A stretch of DNA of 64,000 nucleotides from Eledone cirrhosa. Lineage: Eukaryota. Below, piece after piece: positions 33,101-44,470 of the stretch. How positions within the stretch are numbered: the first letter of the stretch is position 1; every line of letters begins with the position of its first letter. The notes under the pieces were generated by a model. The model had not been told where the DNA came from. It was given only the letters and a program-made list of their open reading frames with translations, and did not search any database. A program made the position numbers and the translations under genes. The stretch is from the NCBI GenBank assembly GCA_964016885.1, contig OZ024743.1, positions 141,174,001 to 141,238,000 of the forward strand, given 5' to 3'.

Positions 33101-36100
33101 GCACAAAACACCAAGCACCAAGCGCCAAGCACCAAACACCAAACACCAAACACCAAACACCAAACACCAATCACCAGACACCAGACACCAAACACCAAAC
33201 AGCAAACACCAAACACCAAACAGCAAACACCAAACACCAAACACCATGCACCCAGAACCAAGCACCAAGCACCAAACACCAAACACCAAGCACCAAGCAC
33301 CAAACACCAAACACCAAGCACCAAGCACCAAGCACCAAGCACCAAACACCATACACCAAGCACCAAGCACCAAACGCCAAAAACCAATCACCAAGCACCA
33401 AAGAGCAAACACCAAGCCCCAAGCACCAAACACCAAACACCAAACACCAAACAACAAACACTAAACACCAAACACCAAACAGCAAACACCAAACACCAAA
33501 TAGCAAACACCAAACACCAACCAGGAAACACCAAACAGCAAACACCAAACAGCAAACGCCAAACAGCAAACACAAACACCAAACACCAAACACCAAGCAC
33601 CAAGCACCAAGCACAAAACACCAAGCACCAAGCGCCAAGCACCAAACACCAAACACCAAACACCAAACAGCAAACACCAATCACCAAATACCAGACACCA
33701 AACACCAAACAGCAAACACCAAACACCAAACAGCAAACACCAAACACCAAACACCAAACAGCAAACACCAAACAGCAAACACCAAACAGCAGACACCAAA
33801 CAGCAAACACCAAACAGCAAACACCAAACACCAAACACCAAACACCAAGCACCAACCACCAAACACCAAGCACCAAGCAACAAACACCAATCACCAAGCA
33901 CCGAGCACTAAAAACCAAACATCTAATACCAAGCACCAAGCACCAAACACCAAGCACCAAGCACCAAGCACCAAACACCAAGCACCAAAGACCAAGCCCC
34001 AAATACCAAGCACCAAGCACCAAACACCAATCACCAGGCACCAAGCACCAAACACCAAGAACCAAGCACCAAGCACTAAACACCAAATACCAAGCACCAA
34101 GCACCAAACACCAAACACCAAGCACCAAGTACCAAACTCCAAACACCAAACACCAAGCACCAAGCACCAAATCCCAAGCACCAAACACCAAGCACCAATC
34201 ACCAAACACCAAACACCAAGCACCAAGCACCAAACACCAAAAACCAAGCACCAAGCACCAAGCACCAAACACCTAACGCCAAACACCGAAAACCAAGTAC
34301 CAAGCACCAAACACCAAGCACCAAGCGTCAAAGACCAAACACCTAGCACCAAGCACGAAACACCAAGCACCAAGCACCGAGCACCAAACACCAAGTACCA
34401 GGCACCAATCACCAAACACCAAGAACCAAGCACCAAACACCAGACAGCAAGCACCAAGCACCAAACACCAAACTCCAAGCATGAAGCACCAAACACCAAG
34501 CACCAAGCGCCAAACACCAAACACCAAGCACCAAGCACCAAACACCAAGCACCAACCACCAAGCACCAAACACCAAGCACCAAGCACCAAACACCAAGCA
34601 CCAATCACCAAACAGCAAACACCAAGCACCAAACACCAAACACCAAGCACCAAGCACCAAACACCAAGCACCAAGCACCAAACACCAAGCACCAAGCACC
34701 AAACACCAAAAACCAATCACCAAGCACCAAAGAGCAAACACCAAGCCCCAAGCACCAAACACAAAACACCAAATACCAAATAGCAAACACTAAACACCAA
34801 ACACCAAACAGCAAACACAAAACAACAAATAGCAAATACCAAACAGCGAACACCAAACACCAAACAGCAAACACCAAACACCAACCAGGAAACACCAAAG
34901 ACCAAGCACCAAACACCAAGCACCAAGCCCCAAGCACCAAACACCAAGCACCAAGCACCAAACACCAAGCACCAAGCACCAAGCACCATGCACCAAACAC
35001 CAAGCACCAAGCACCAAACAGCAAACACCAAACAGCAAACACCAAACACCAAACACCAACCAGCAAACACCAAACACCAAACACCAAACAGCAAACACCA
35101 AACAGCAAACACCAAACAGCAAACACCAAACACCAAACACCAAACACCAAACGCCAAAAAGTAAACGCCAAACCCCAAACGCCAAACAGCAAATGCCAAA
35201 CCCCAAGCGCCAAACACCAAAGACCAAGCGCCAAGCAACAAACACCAAACACCAAGCACCAAGCACCAAACACCAAACACCAAGCACCAAGTACCAAACA
35301 CCAAACACCAAGCACCAAACACCAAACAACAAACGCCAAAAAGCAAACGCCAAACCCCAAACGCCAAACAGCAAACGCCAAGGACCAAACACCAAACACC
35401 AAGCGCCAAGCACCAAATACCAAACACCAAGCACCAAGCACCAAACACCAAACACCAAGGACCAATCACCTAACACCAAGCACCAAGCGCCAAACACCAA
35501 AAACCAAACACCTAGCACCAAGCACCAAGCACCAAACACCAAGCACCAAGCCCCAAGCACCAAACAGCAAGCACCCAGCACCATACACCAAACACCAAGC
35601 ACCAAGCACCCAGAACAAAGCACCAAGCACCAAACACCAAACACCAAGCTCCAAGCACCAAACACCAAACACCAAGCACCAAGCACCAAGCACCAAGCAC
35701 CAAACACCAAACACCAAGCACCAAGCACCAAACACCAAGCACCAAGCGCCAAACACCAAACACCAAACACCTAGCACCAAGCACCAAGCACCGAACACCA
35801 AGCACCAAACACCAAGCACCAAGCACCAAGCACCAAGCACCAAGCACCAAACACCAATCACCAAGCCCCAAGCACCAAACACCAAGCACCAAGCACCAAA
35901 CACCAAACACCAAGCACCAAGCACCCAGAACCAAGCACCAAGCACCAAACACCAAACACCAAGCACCAAGCACCAAACACCAAACACCAAGCACCAAGCA
36001 CCAAGCACCAAGCACTAAACACCATACACCAAGCAACAAGCACCAATCACTAAACACTAAACACCAAGCACCAAGCACCAAACACAAACACCAAGCACCA

Positions 36101-37121
36101 AGTACCAAACTCCAAACACCAAACACCAAGCACCAAGCACCAAATCCCAAGCACCAAACACCATTCACCATAAAACAAACACCAAACACCAAGCATGAAG
36201 CACCAAGCACCAAATACCAATCACCAAGCACCAAAGAGCAAACACCAAGCCCCAAGCACCAAACAGCAAACACCAAACACCAAACAGCAAACACTAAACA
36301 CCAAACACCAAAGAGCAAACACCAAACACCAAATAGCAAACACCAAACACCAACAAGGAAACACCAAACAGCAAACACCAAACAGCAAACGCCAAACAAC
36401 AAACACAAACACCAAACACCAAACACCAAACACCAAGCACCAAGCACAAAACACCAAGCACCAAGCGCCAAGCACCAAACACCAAACACCAAACACCAAA
36501 CACCAAACACCAATCACCAAACACCAGACACCAAACACCAAACAGCAAACACCAAACACCAAACAGCAAACACCAAACACCAAACACCAAACAGCAAACA
36601 CCAAACAGCAAACACCAAACAGCAAACACCAAACAGCAAACAGCAAACACCAAACACCAAACACCAAGCACCAAGCAGCAAACACCAACACCAAGCAACA
36701 AGCACCAATCACCAAGCACCAAGCACTAAACACCAAACACCTAGCACCAAGCACCAAGCACCAAACACCAAGCACCAAGCACCAAGCACCAAACACCAAG
36801 CACCAAAGACCAAGCCCCAAATACCAAGCACCAAGCACCAAACACCAATCACGAGGCACCAAGCACCAAACACCAAGAACCAAGCACCAAGCACTAAACA
36901 CCAAACACCAAGCACCAAGCACCAAACACCAAGAACCAAGCACCAAGCGCAAACACCGAACACCAAGCACCAAGCACCAAACACCAAGCACCAACCACCA
37001 AGCACCAAACACCAAGCACCAAGCACCAATCACCAAACACCAAGCACCAAGCACCAAACACCAAACATCAAGCACCAAGCACCAAACACCAAACTACAAG
37101 CACCAAGCACCAAACACCAAA
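20914..37121 (+). repeat. Near-identical tandem duplication of an ~8092-bp higher-order unit (copy 1 ~20914-29005, copy 2 ~29006-37097)
   Basis: Identical ORF translations at a constant offset of 8092 (21015/29107, 23599/31691, 24763/32855, 27766/35858), then 8091 after a 1-bp indel at ~28012 (28130/36221). The rare variant AACTACAAG occurs at 29001 and 37092. Confidence 0.95.
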
Positions 37122-39987
37122 TACCAAGCACCAAGCACCAACCACCAAGCACCAAACACCAAGAACCAAGCACCAAGCACCAAACACCAAGCACCAAATA
37201 CCAAGCACCAGACGCGAAGCACCAAGCACCAAGCACCAAAAACCAAGCACCAAGCTCCAAGCACCAAACACCAAGCACCAAACAACAAACACCAAGCACC
37301 AAGCACCAAACACCAAGCACCAAGCGCCAAAAACCAAACAATAAGCACCAAGCACCAAATACCAAGCACCAAGCACCAAGCACCAAGCACCAAACACCAA
37401 ACACCAAACACCAAACAGCAAACAGCAAACACCAAACACCAAACACCAAACAGCAAACGCCAAACATCAAACGCCAAACACCAAACGCCAAACAGCAAAC
37501 GCCAAACACCAAACGCCAAACAGCAAGCGCCAAGCACGAAACGCCAAACACCAAACACCAAGCACCAAACACTAGACACCTAGCACCAAGCACCAAACAC
37601 CAAACACCAAGCACCAAGCACTAAACGCCAAACACCAAGCGCCAAGCACCAAGCACCAAACACCAAGCACCAAGCACCGAGCACCAAACACCAAACACCG
37701 AGCACCAAGCACCAAGCACCAAACACCAAGCCCCAAGCACCAAACACCAACCAGCAAACACCAAACACCAAACACTAAAAAGCAAACACCAAACAGCAAA
37801 CACCAAACAGAAACACCAAACACCAAACACCAAACAGCAAACGCCAAGCACCCAACGCCAAACAGCAAACGCCATACCCCAAACGCCAAGCACCAAACAC
37901 CGAACACCAAGCACCAAGCACCAAACACCAAACACCAAGCACCAATCACCAAGCACCAAACACCAATCATCAAGCCCCAAGCACCAAACACCAAGCGTCA
38001 AGCACCAAACACCAAACACCAAGCACCAAGCACCCAGAACCAAGCACCAAGCACGAAACACCAAACACCAAGCACCAAGCACCAAACACCAAATACCAAG
38101 CACCAAGCACCAAACAGCATACACCAAGCACCGAGCACCAAACACCAAAAACCAATCACCAAGCACCAAAGAGCAAACACCAAGCCCCAAGCACCAAACA
38201 CCAAACACCAAACACCAAACACTAAACAGCAAACACCAACCAGCAAACACCAAACAGCAAACACCAAACAGCAAACGCCAAACAGCAAACACAAACACCA
38301 AACACCAAACAACCAAACACCAAGCACCAAACACCAAACACCAATCACCAGGCACCAAGCACAAAACACCAAGCACCAAGCTCCAAACACCAAACACCAA
38401 GCACCAACCACCAAGCACCAAGCACAAAGCACCAAGCACCAAACACAAAACACCAAGTACCAGTCACCAAGCACCAAACACCAAACACCAAACACCAAAC
38501 ACCAAACAGCAAACACTAAACACCAAACACAAAACACCAAACACCAAACAGCAAACACCAAACACCAAACAGCAAACACCAAACACCAAACACCAAACAG
38601 CAAACACCAAACAGCAAACACCAAACAGCAAACACCAAACAGCAAACAGCAAACACCCAACACCAAACGCAAAGCACCAAGCACCAAACACCAAGCACCA
38701 AGCAACAAGCACCAATCACCAAGCACCAAGCCCTAAACACCAAACACCAAGCACCAAGCACCAAGCACCAAACACCAAGCACCAAGCACCAAGAACCAAA
38801 CGCCAAGCCCCAAGCACCAAACACCAAGCACCAAGCACCAAGCACCAAGCACCAAAAACCAAGCACTAAGGACCAAGCACCACACACCAAGGACCAAGCA
38901 CCAAACACCAAACACCAAGCACCAAGCACTAAACACCAAACACCAAGCACCAAGCACCAAACACCAAACACCAAGCACCAAGTACCAAACTCCGAACACC
39001 AAACACCAGGCACCAAGCACCAAGAACCAAGCAGCAAACACCAAACACCAAGCACCAAGCACCAAACACCAAACACCAAGCACCAAGCACCAGACACCAA
39101 ATACCAAGCACCAAGCACTAAACACCAAACACCAAACACCAAGCACCAAGCACTAAACACCAAACACCAAGCACCAAGTACCAAACTCCGAACACCAAAC
39201 ACCAGGCACCATGTACCAAGAACCAAGCAGCAAACACCAAACAGCAAGCACCAAGCACCAAGCACCAAACACCAAACACCAAACACCAAGCACCAAGCAC
39301 CAAACACCAAGCACCAAGCGCCAAAGACCAAACACCAAGCACCAAGCATGAAACACCAAGCACCAAGCACCGAGCACCAAACACCAAGTACCAAGCACCA
39401 ATCACCAAACACCAAGAACCAAGCAGCAAACACCAAACACCAAGCACCAAGCACCAAACACCAAACACCAAGCACCAAGCACCAAACACCAATTACCAAG
39501 CACCAAGCACTAAACACCAAACACCAAGCACCAAGCACCAAGCATCATGCACCAAGCACCAAACACCAAGCACCAAGCACCAAGCACCAAGCACCAAACA
39601 CAAAACACCAAGTACCAAGCACCTACCACAAAACACCAAACACCAAACACCAAGCACCAGACACCAAGCACCAAGCACTAAGCACCAAGCACCAAAAACC
39701 AAGCACCAAGCTCCAAGCACCAAACACCAAGCACCAAGCACCAAACACCAAACACCAAGCACCAACCACCAAACACCAAATACCAAGCACCAAGCACCAG
39801 GCACCAAGCACCAAATACCAAGCACCAAGCACCAAGCACCAAGCACCAGACACCAAGCACCAAGCACCAAGCACCAAAAACCAAGCACCAAGCTCCAAGC
39901 ACCAAACGCCAAGCACCAAACACCAAGCAGCACCAAGCACCAAACACCAAGCACCAAGCACCAAACACCAAGCACCAAGCACCAAAT

Positions 39988-40027
39988 ACCAAGCACCAAG
40001 CACCAAGCTTGGTGCTTGGTGCTTGGT
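39988..40027. other. Strand-switch (inversion) junction: perfect 40-bp spacer-less palindrome centred on AAG|CTT (40005-40010)
   Basis: ACCAAGCACCAAGCACCAAG|CTTGGTGCTTGGTGCTTGGT. The first mismatch is at 39987 (T) versus 40028 (G). Confidence 0.97.
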
Positions 40028-41299
40028 GCTTGGTGTTTGGTGCTTGGTGCTTGGTGCTTGGTGTTTGGTGCTTGGTGCTTGGTGCTTGCTCTTTGGTGGT
40101 TGCTGTTTGGTGCTTGGTGTTTGGTGCTTGGTGCTTGGTGCTGGGTGGTTGGTGTTTGGTGCTTGGTGCTTGGTGTTTGGTGCTTGGTGCTTGGTGCTTG
40201 TTGTTTGGTGCTTGGTGCTTGGTCTTTGGTGCTTGGTGTTTGGTGTTTGGTGATTGGTGCTTGGTGCTTGGTGCTTGGTGTTTGGTGCTTGGTGCTTGGT
40301 GATTAGTGTTTGGTGCTTGGTGCTTGGGGTTTGGTGTTTTGTGCTTAGTGCTTGGTGTTTGGTGTTTGGTGTTTGCTGTTTGCTGTTTGGTGTCTGCTTT
40401 TTGGTATTTGGTGTTTGCTGTATGGTGTTTGCTGTTTCGTATTTGGTGTTTGCTGTTTGGTGTTTGGTGTTTGGTGTTTGGTGCTTGGTGTTTGGTGCCT
40501 GGTGCTTGGTGTTTGGCGTTTGGTGTTTGGTGTTTGGTGCTTGGTGCCTGGTGCTTGTTGTTTCGTGTTTGGTACTTGGTGCTTGGTGTTTGGTGTTTGG
40601 TGTTTGCTGTTTGGTGTCTGCTTTTTGGTATTTGGTGTTTGCTGTATGGTGTTTGCTGTTTCGTATTTGGTGTTTGCTGTTTGGTGTTTGGTGTTTGGTG
40701 TTTGGTGCTTGGTGTTTGGTGCCTGGTGCTTGGTGCTTGGTGTTTGGTGTTTGGTGTTTGGTGCTTGGTGCCTGGTGCTTGTTGTTTGGTGTTTGGTACT
40801 TGGTGCTTGTTGTTTGGTGTTTGGTGTTTGGTGTCTGGTGTTTGGTGCTTGGTGTTTGGTGTTTGGTGCTTGGTGCTTGGTGTTGGTGTTTGGTGTTTGG
40901 TGCTTGGTGCTTGGTGTTTTGTGTTTGGTGCTTAGTGCTTGGTGTTTGGTGTTTGGTGCTTGGTGTTTGGTGTTTGGTGTTTGATGCTTGGTTTTTGCTG
41001 CTTGGTGCTTGGTGCTTGGTGCTTGGTGTTCTGTGTTTGGTGCTTGATGCTTGGTGCCTGGTGCTTGGTGCTTGGTGCTTGTTGTTTGGTGCTTGGTGCT
41101 TGGTGATTAGTGTTTGGTGCTTGGTGCTTGGTGTTTGGTGTTTGGTGTTTCGTGCTTGGTGTCTAGTGTTTGGGTTTTGGTGTTTGGTGCTTGGTGCTTG
41201 GTGTTTGGTGTTTGGTGCTTGGTGCTTGGTGTTTGGTGATTGGTGCTTGGTGTTTGGTGCTTGGTGCTTTGTGCTTGGTGTTTGGTGCTGGGTGCTTGG

Positions 41300-44200
41300 T
41301 GTTTGGTGCTTGGTGCTTGGTGTTTGGTGTTTGGTGCTTGGTACTTGGTGTTTGGTGTGTGATGCTTGGTGTTTGATGCTTGTTGCTTGGTGCTTGGTGT
41401 TTTGTGTTTGGTGTTTGGTGCTTGGTGTATGTACTTGGTGCTTGGTGCTTGGTGTTTGGTGCTTGGTTCTTGGTGTTTGGTGCTTGGTGCTTGGTGCTTG
41501 GTGTTTGGTGCTTGGTGCTTGGTGTTTGGTGCTTGGTGTTTGGTGTTTGGTGCTTGGTGTTTGGTGCTTGGTGCTTGGCGCTTGGTGTTAAGTGTTTGGT
41601 GCTTGGTGCTTGGTGTTTGGTGCTTCGTGCTTGGTGCTTGGTGTTTGGTGCATGGTGCTTGGTGTTTGGGGCTTGGTGCCTGGTGCTTTGTGTTTGGTGC
41701 TAGGTGCTTGGTGCTTGGTCTTTGGTGTTTGGTGCTTGGTGCTTGGTGTTTGGTGCTAGGTGTTTGGTGCTTGGTGTTCGGTGCTTGGTGCTTGGTGCTT
41801 GGTGCTTGGTGTTAGGTGTTTGGTGCTTGGTGCTTGGTGTTTGATGTTTGGTCCTTGGTGCTTGGTGTTTGGTGTTTGGTGCTTGGTGCTTGGTGTTTCG
41901 TGTTTGGTGCTTGCTGCTTGCTGCTTGGTGTTTGGTGCTTGGTGATTGGTGCTTGGTGTTTGGTGATTGGTGCTTGGTGTTTGGTGTTTCGTGCTATGTG
42001 CTTGGTGCTTGGTGCTTGGTGTTTGGTGCTTGGTGCTTGGTGTTTGGTGTTTGGTGCTTGATGCTTGGGGCCTGGTGTTTGGTGCTTGGTGCTTGGTGCT
42101 TGGTGTTTGGTGCTTGGTGCTTGGTGCTTGGTGTTTGGTGTTTGGTGTTTGGTGCTTGGTGTTTTGTGCTTGGTGCTTGTTGCTGGGTGGTTGGTGTTTG
42201 GTGCTTGGTGCTTGGTGTTTGGTGCTTGGTGCTTGGTGCTTATTGTTTGGTGATTGGTGCTTGGTGCTTGGTGCTTGGTGTTTGGTGTTTGGTGTTTGGT
42301 GTTTGGTGCTTGGTGCTTGGTGCTTGGTGTTTGGTGCTTGGTGTTTGGTGCTTGGTGCTTGGTGCTTGGTTATTAGTGTTTGGTGCTTGGTGCTTGGGGT
42401 TTGGTGTTTGGTGCTTGGTGTTTGGTGTTTGGTGTTTGCTGTATGGTGTTTGCTGTTTCGTGTTTGGTGTTTGCTGTTTGGTGTTTAATGCTTGGTGCTT
42501 GGTGCTTGGTGTTTGGTGCTTGGTGTTTGGTGTTTGGCGTTTGCTGTTTGCTGTTTGTTGTTTGGTGCTTGCTGTTTGGTGCTTGGTGCTTGGTGCTGGT
42601 TAGTTGGTGTTTGGTGCTTGGTGCTTGGTGTTTGGTGCTTGGTGCTTGGTGCTTGTTGTTTGGTGCTTGGTGTTTGGTGTTTGGTGCTTGGTGCTTGGTG
42701 CTTGGTGTTTGGTGCTTGGTGCTTGGTGCTTGGTGTTTGGTGGTTGGTGCTTGGTGATTTGTGTTTGGTGCTTGATGCTTGGGGTTTGGTGTTTTGTGCT
42801 TAGTGCTTGGTGTTTGGTGTTTGCTGTTTGGTGTCTGCTTTTTGGTATTTGGTGTTTGCTGTATGGTGTTTGCTGTTTCGTATTTGGTGTTTGCTGTTTG
42901 GTGTTTGGTGTTTGGTGTTTGGTGCTTGGTGTTTGGTGCTTGGTGCTTGGTGTTTGGCGTTTGGTACTTGGTGCTTGGTGTTTGGTGCTTGGTGCTTGGT
43001 GTTTGGTGTTTGGTGCTTGGTGTTTGGTGTTTGGTGCTTGGTACTTGGTGTTTGGTGTGTGAAGCTTGGTGATTGATGCTTGTTGCTTAGTGCTTGGTGT
43101 TTGCTGTTTGGTGTTTGGTGCTTGGTGTATGTACTTGGTGCTTGGTGCTTGGTGTTTGGTGCTTGGTTCTTGGTGTTTGGTGCTTGGTGCTTGGTGCTTG
43201 GTGTTTGGTGCTTGGTGCTTGGTGTTTGGTGCTTGGTGTTTGGTGTTTGGTGCTTGGTGTTTGGTGCTTGGTGCCTGTTGCTTGGTGTTAAGTGTTTGGT
43301 GTTTGGTGCTTGGTGTTTGGTGCATGGTGCTTGGTGTTTGGGGCTTGGTGCCTGGTGCTTTGTGTTTGGTGCTAGGTGTTTGGTACTTGGTGTTCGGTGC
43401 TTGGTGCTTGGTGCTTGGTGCTTGGTGTTAGGTGTTTGGTGCTTGGTGCTTGGTGTTTGATGTTTGGTCCTTGGTGCTTGGTGTTTGGTGTTTGGTGCTT
43501 GGTGCTTGGTGTTTCGTGTTTGGTGCTTGCTGCTTGCTGCTTGGTGTTTGGTGCTTGGTGATTGGTGCTTGGTGCTTGTTGCTTGGTGCTTGGTGTTTGG
43601 TGCTTGGTGCTTGGTGTTTGGTGTTTGGTGCTTGGTGCTTGGGGCTTGGTGTTTGGTGCTTGGTGTTTGGTGCTTGGTGTTTGGTGCTTGGTGCTTGGTG
43701 CTTGGTGTTTGGTGTTTGGTGTTTGGTGCTTGGTGTTTTGTGCTTGGTGCTTGTTGCTGGGTGGTTGGTGTTTGGTGCTTGTTGCTTGGTGTTTGGTGCT
43801 TGGTGCTTGGTGCTTATTGTTTGGTGATTGGTGCTTGGTGCTTGGTGCTTGGTGTTTGGTGCTTGGTGCTTGGTGCTTGGTGTTTGGTGCTTTGTGCTTG
43901 GTGCTTGGTTATTAGTGTTTGGTGCTTGGTGCTTGGGGTTTGGTGTTTGGTGCTTGGTGTTTGGTGTTTGGTGTTTGCTTTATGGTGTTTGCTGTTTCGT
44001 GTTTGGTGTTTGCTGTTTGGTGTTTAATGCTTGGTGCTTGGTGCTTGGTGTTTGGTGCTTGGTGCTTGGTGTTTGGAGTTTGCTGTTTGCTGTTTGGTGT
44101 TTGGTGCTTGCTGTTTGGTGCTTGGTGCTTGGTGCTGGTTGGTTGGTATTTTGTGCTTGGTGCTTGGTGTTTGGTGCTTGGTGCTTGGTGCTTGTTGTTT

Positions 44201-44470
44201 GGTGCTTGGTGCTTGGTCTTTGGTGCTTGGTGTTTGGTGTTTGGTGCTTGCTGCTTGGTGCTTGGTGTTTGGTGCTTGGTGCTTGGTGCTTGGTGTTTGG
44301 TGGTTGGTGCTTGGTGATTAGTGTTTGGTGCTTGATGCTTGGGGTTTGGTGTTTTGTGCTTAGTGCTTGGTGTTTGGTGTTTGCTGTTTGGTGTCTGCTT
44401 TTTGGTATTTGGTGTTTGCTGTAAGGTGTTTGCTGTTTCGTATTTGGTGTTTGCTGTTTGGTGTTTAGTG
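41300..44470 (-). repeat. Right-arm diverged duplication with a ~1.5-1.7 kb period
   Basis: Similar ORFs 41366/43066 (offset 1700), 41760/43376 (1616) and 42380/43919 (1539), with visibly more substitutions than the 47.7-58 kb layer. Confidence 0.75.

Larger units (their letters stand above)
1..40007 (+). repeat. Heptamer satellite array, left arm, (CACCAAR)n on the + strand; continues past the left window edge
   Basis: Uninterrupted tandem CACCAAG/CACCAAA monomers with single-base variants (CAGCAAA, CGCCAAA, CACTAAA, TACCAAG, CACCAAT, CCCCAAG). The + strand is nearly free of T. No unique sequence seen. Confidence 0.99.

Noticed and set aside
40005-40010. HindIII site AAGCTT exactly at the junction, suggesting a cloning or Hi-C ligation chimera
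   Set aside because: Joining CACCAAG to CTTGGTG creates the site automatically, and another AAGCTT exists at 43062-43067. It is not evidence of an artefact by itself, although read support should still be checked.
39900-40100. Telomere-telomere fusion site
   Set aside because: The orientation is C-rich then G-rich on the + strand, the opposite of an end-to-end fusion, and the motif is not a canonical telomere repeat that I recognise.
39348-40253. ORF crossing the junction, with a hydrophilic N-terminal part and a hydrophobic C-terminal part resembling a membrane-anchored mucin
   Set aside because: The switch from STKHQAP to LGAWCLV is simply the strand inversion read through. There is no independent coding evidence.
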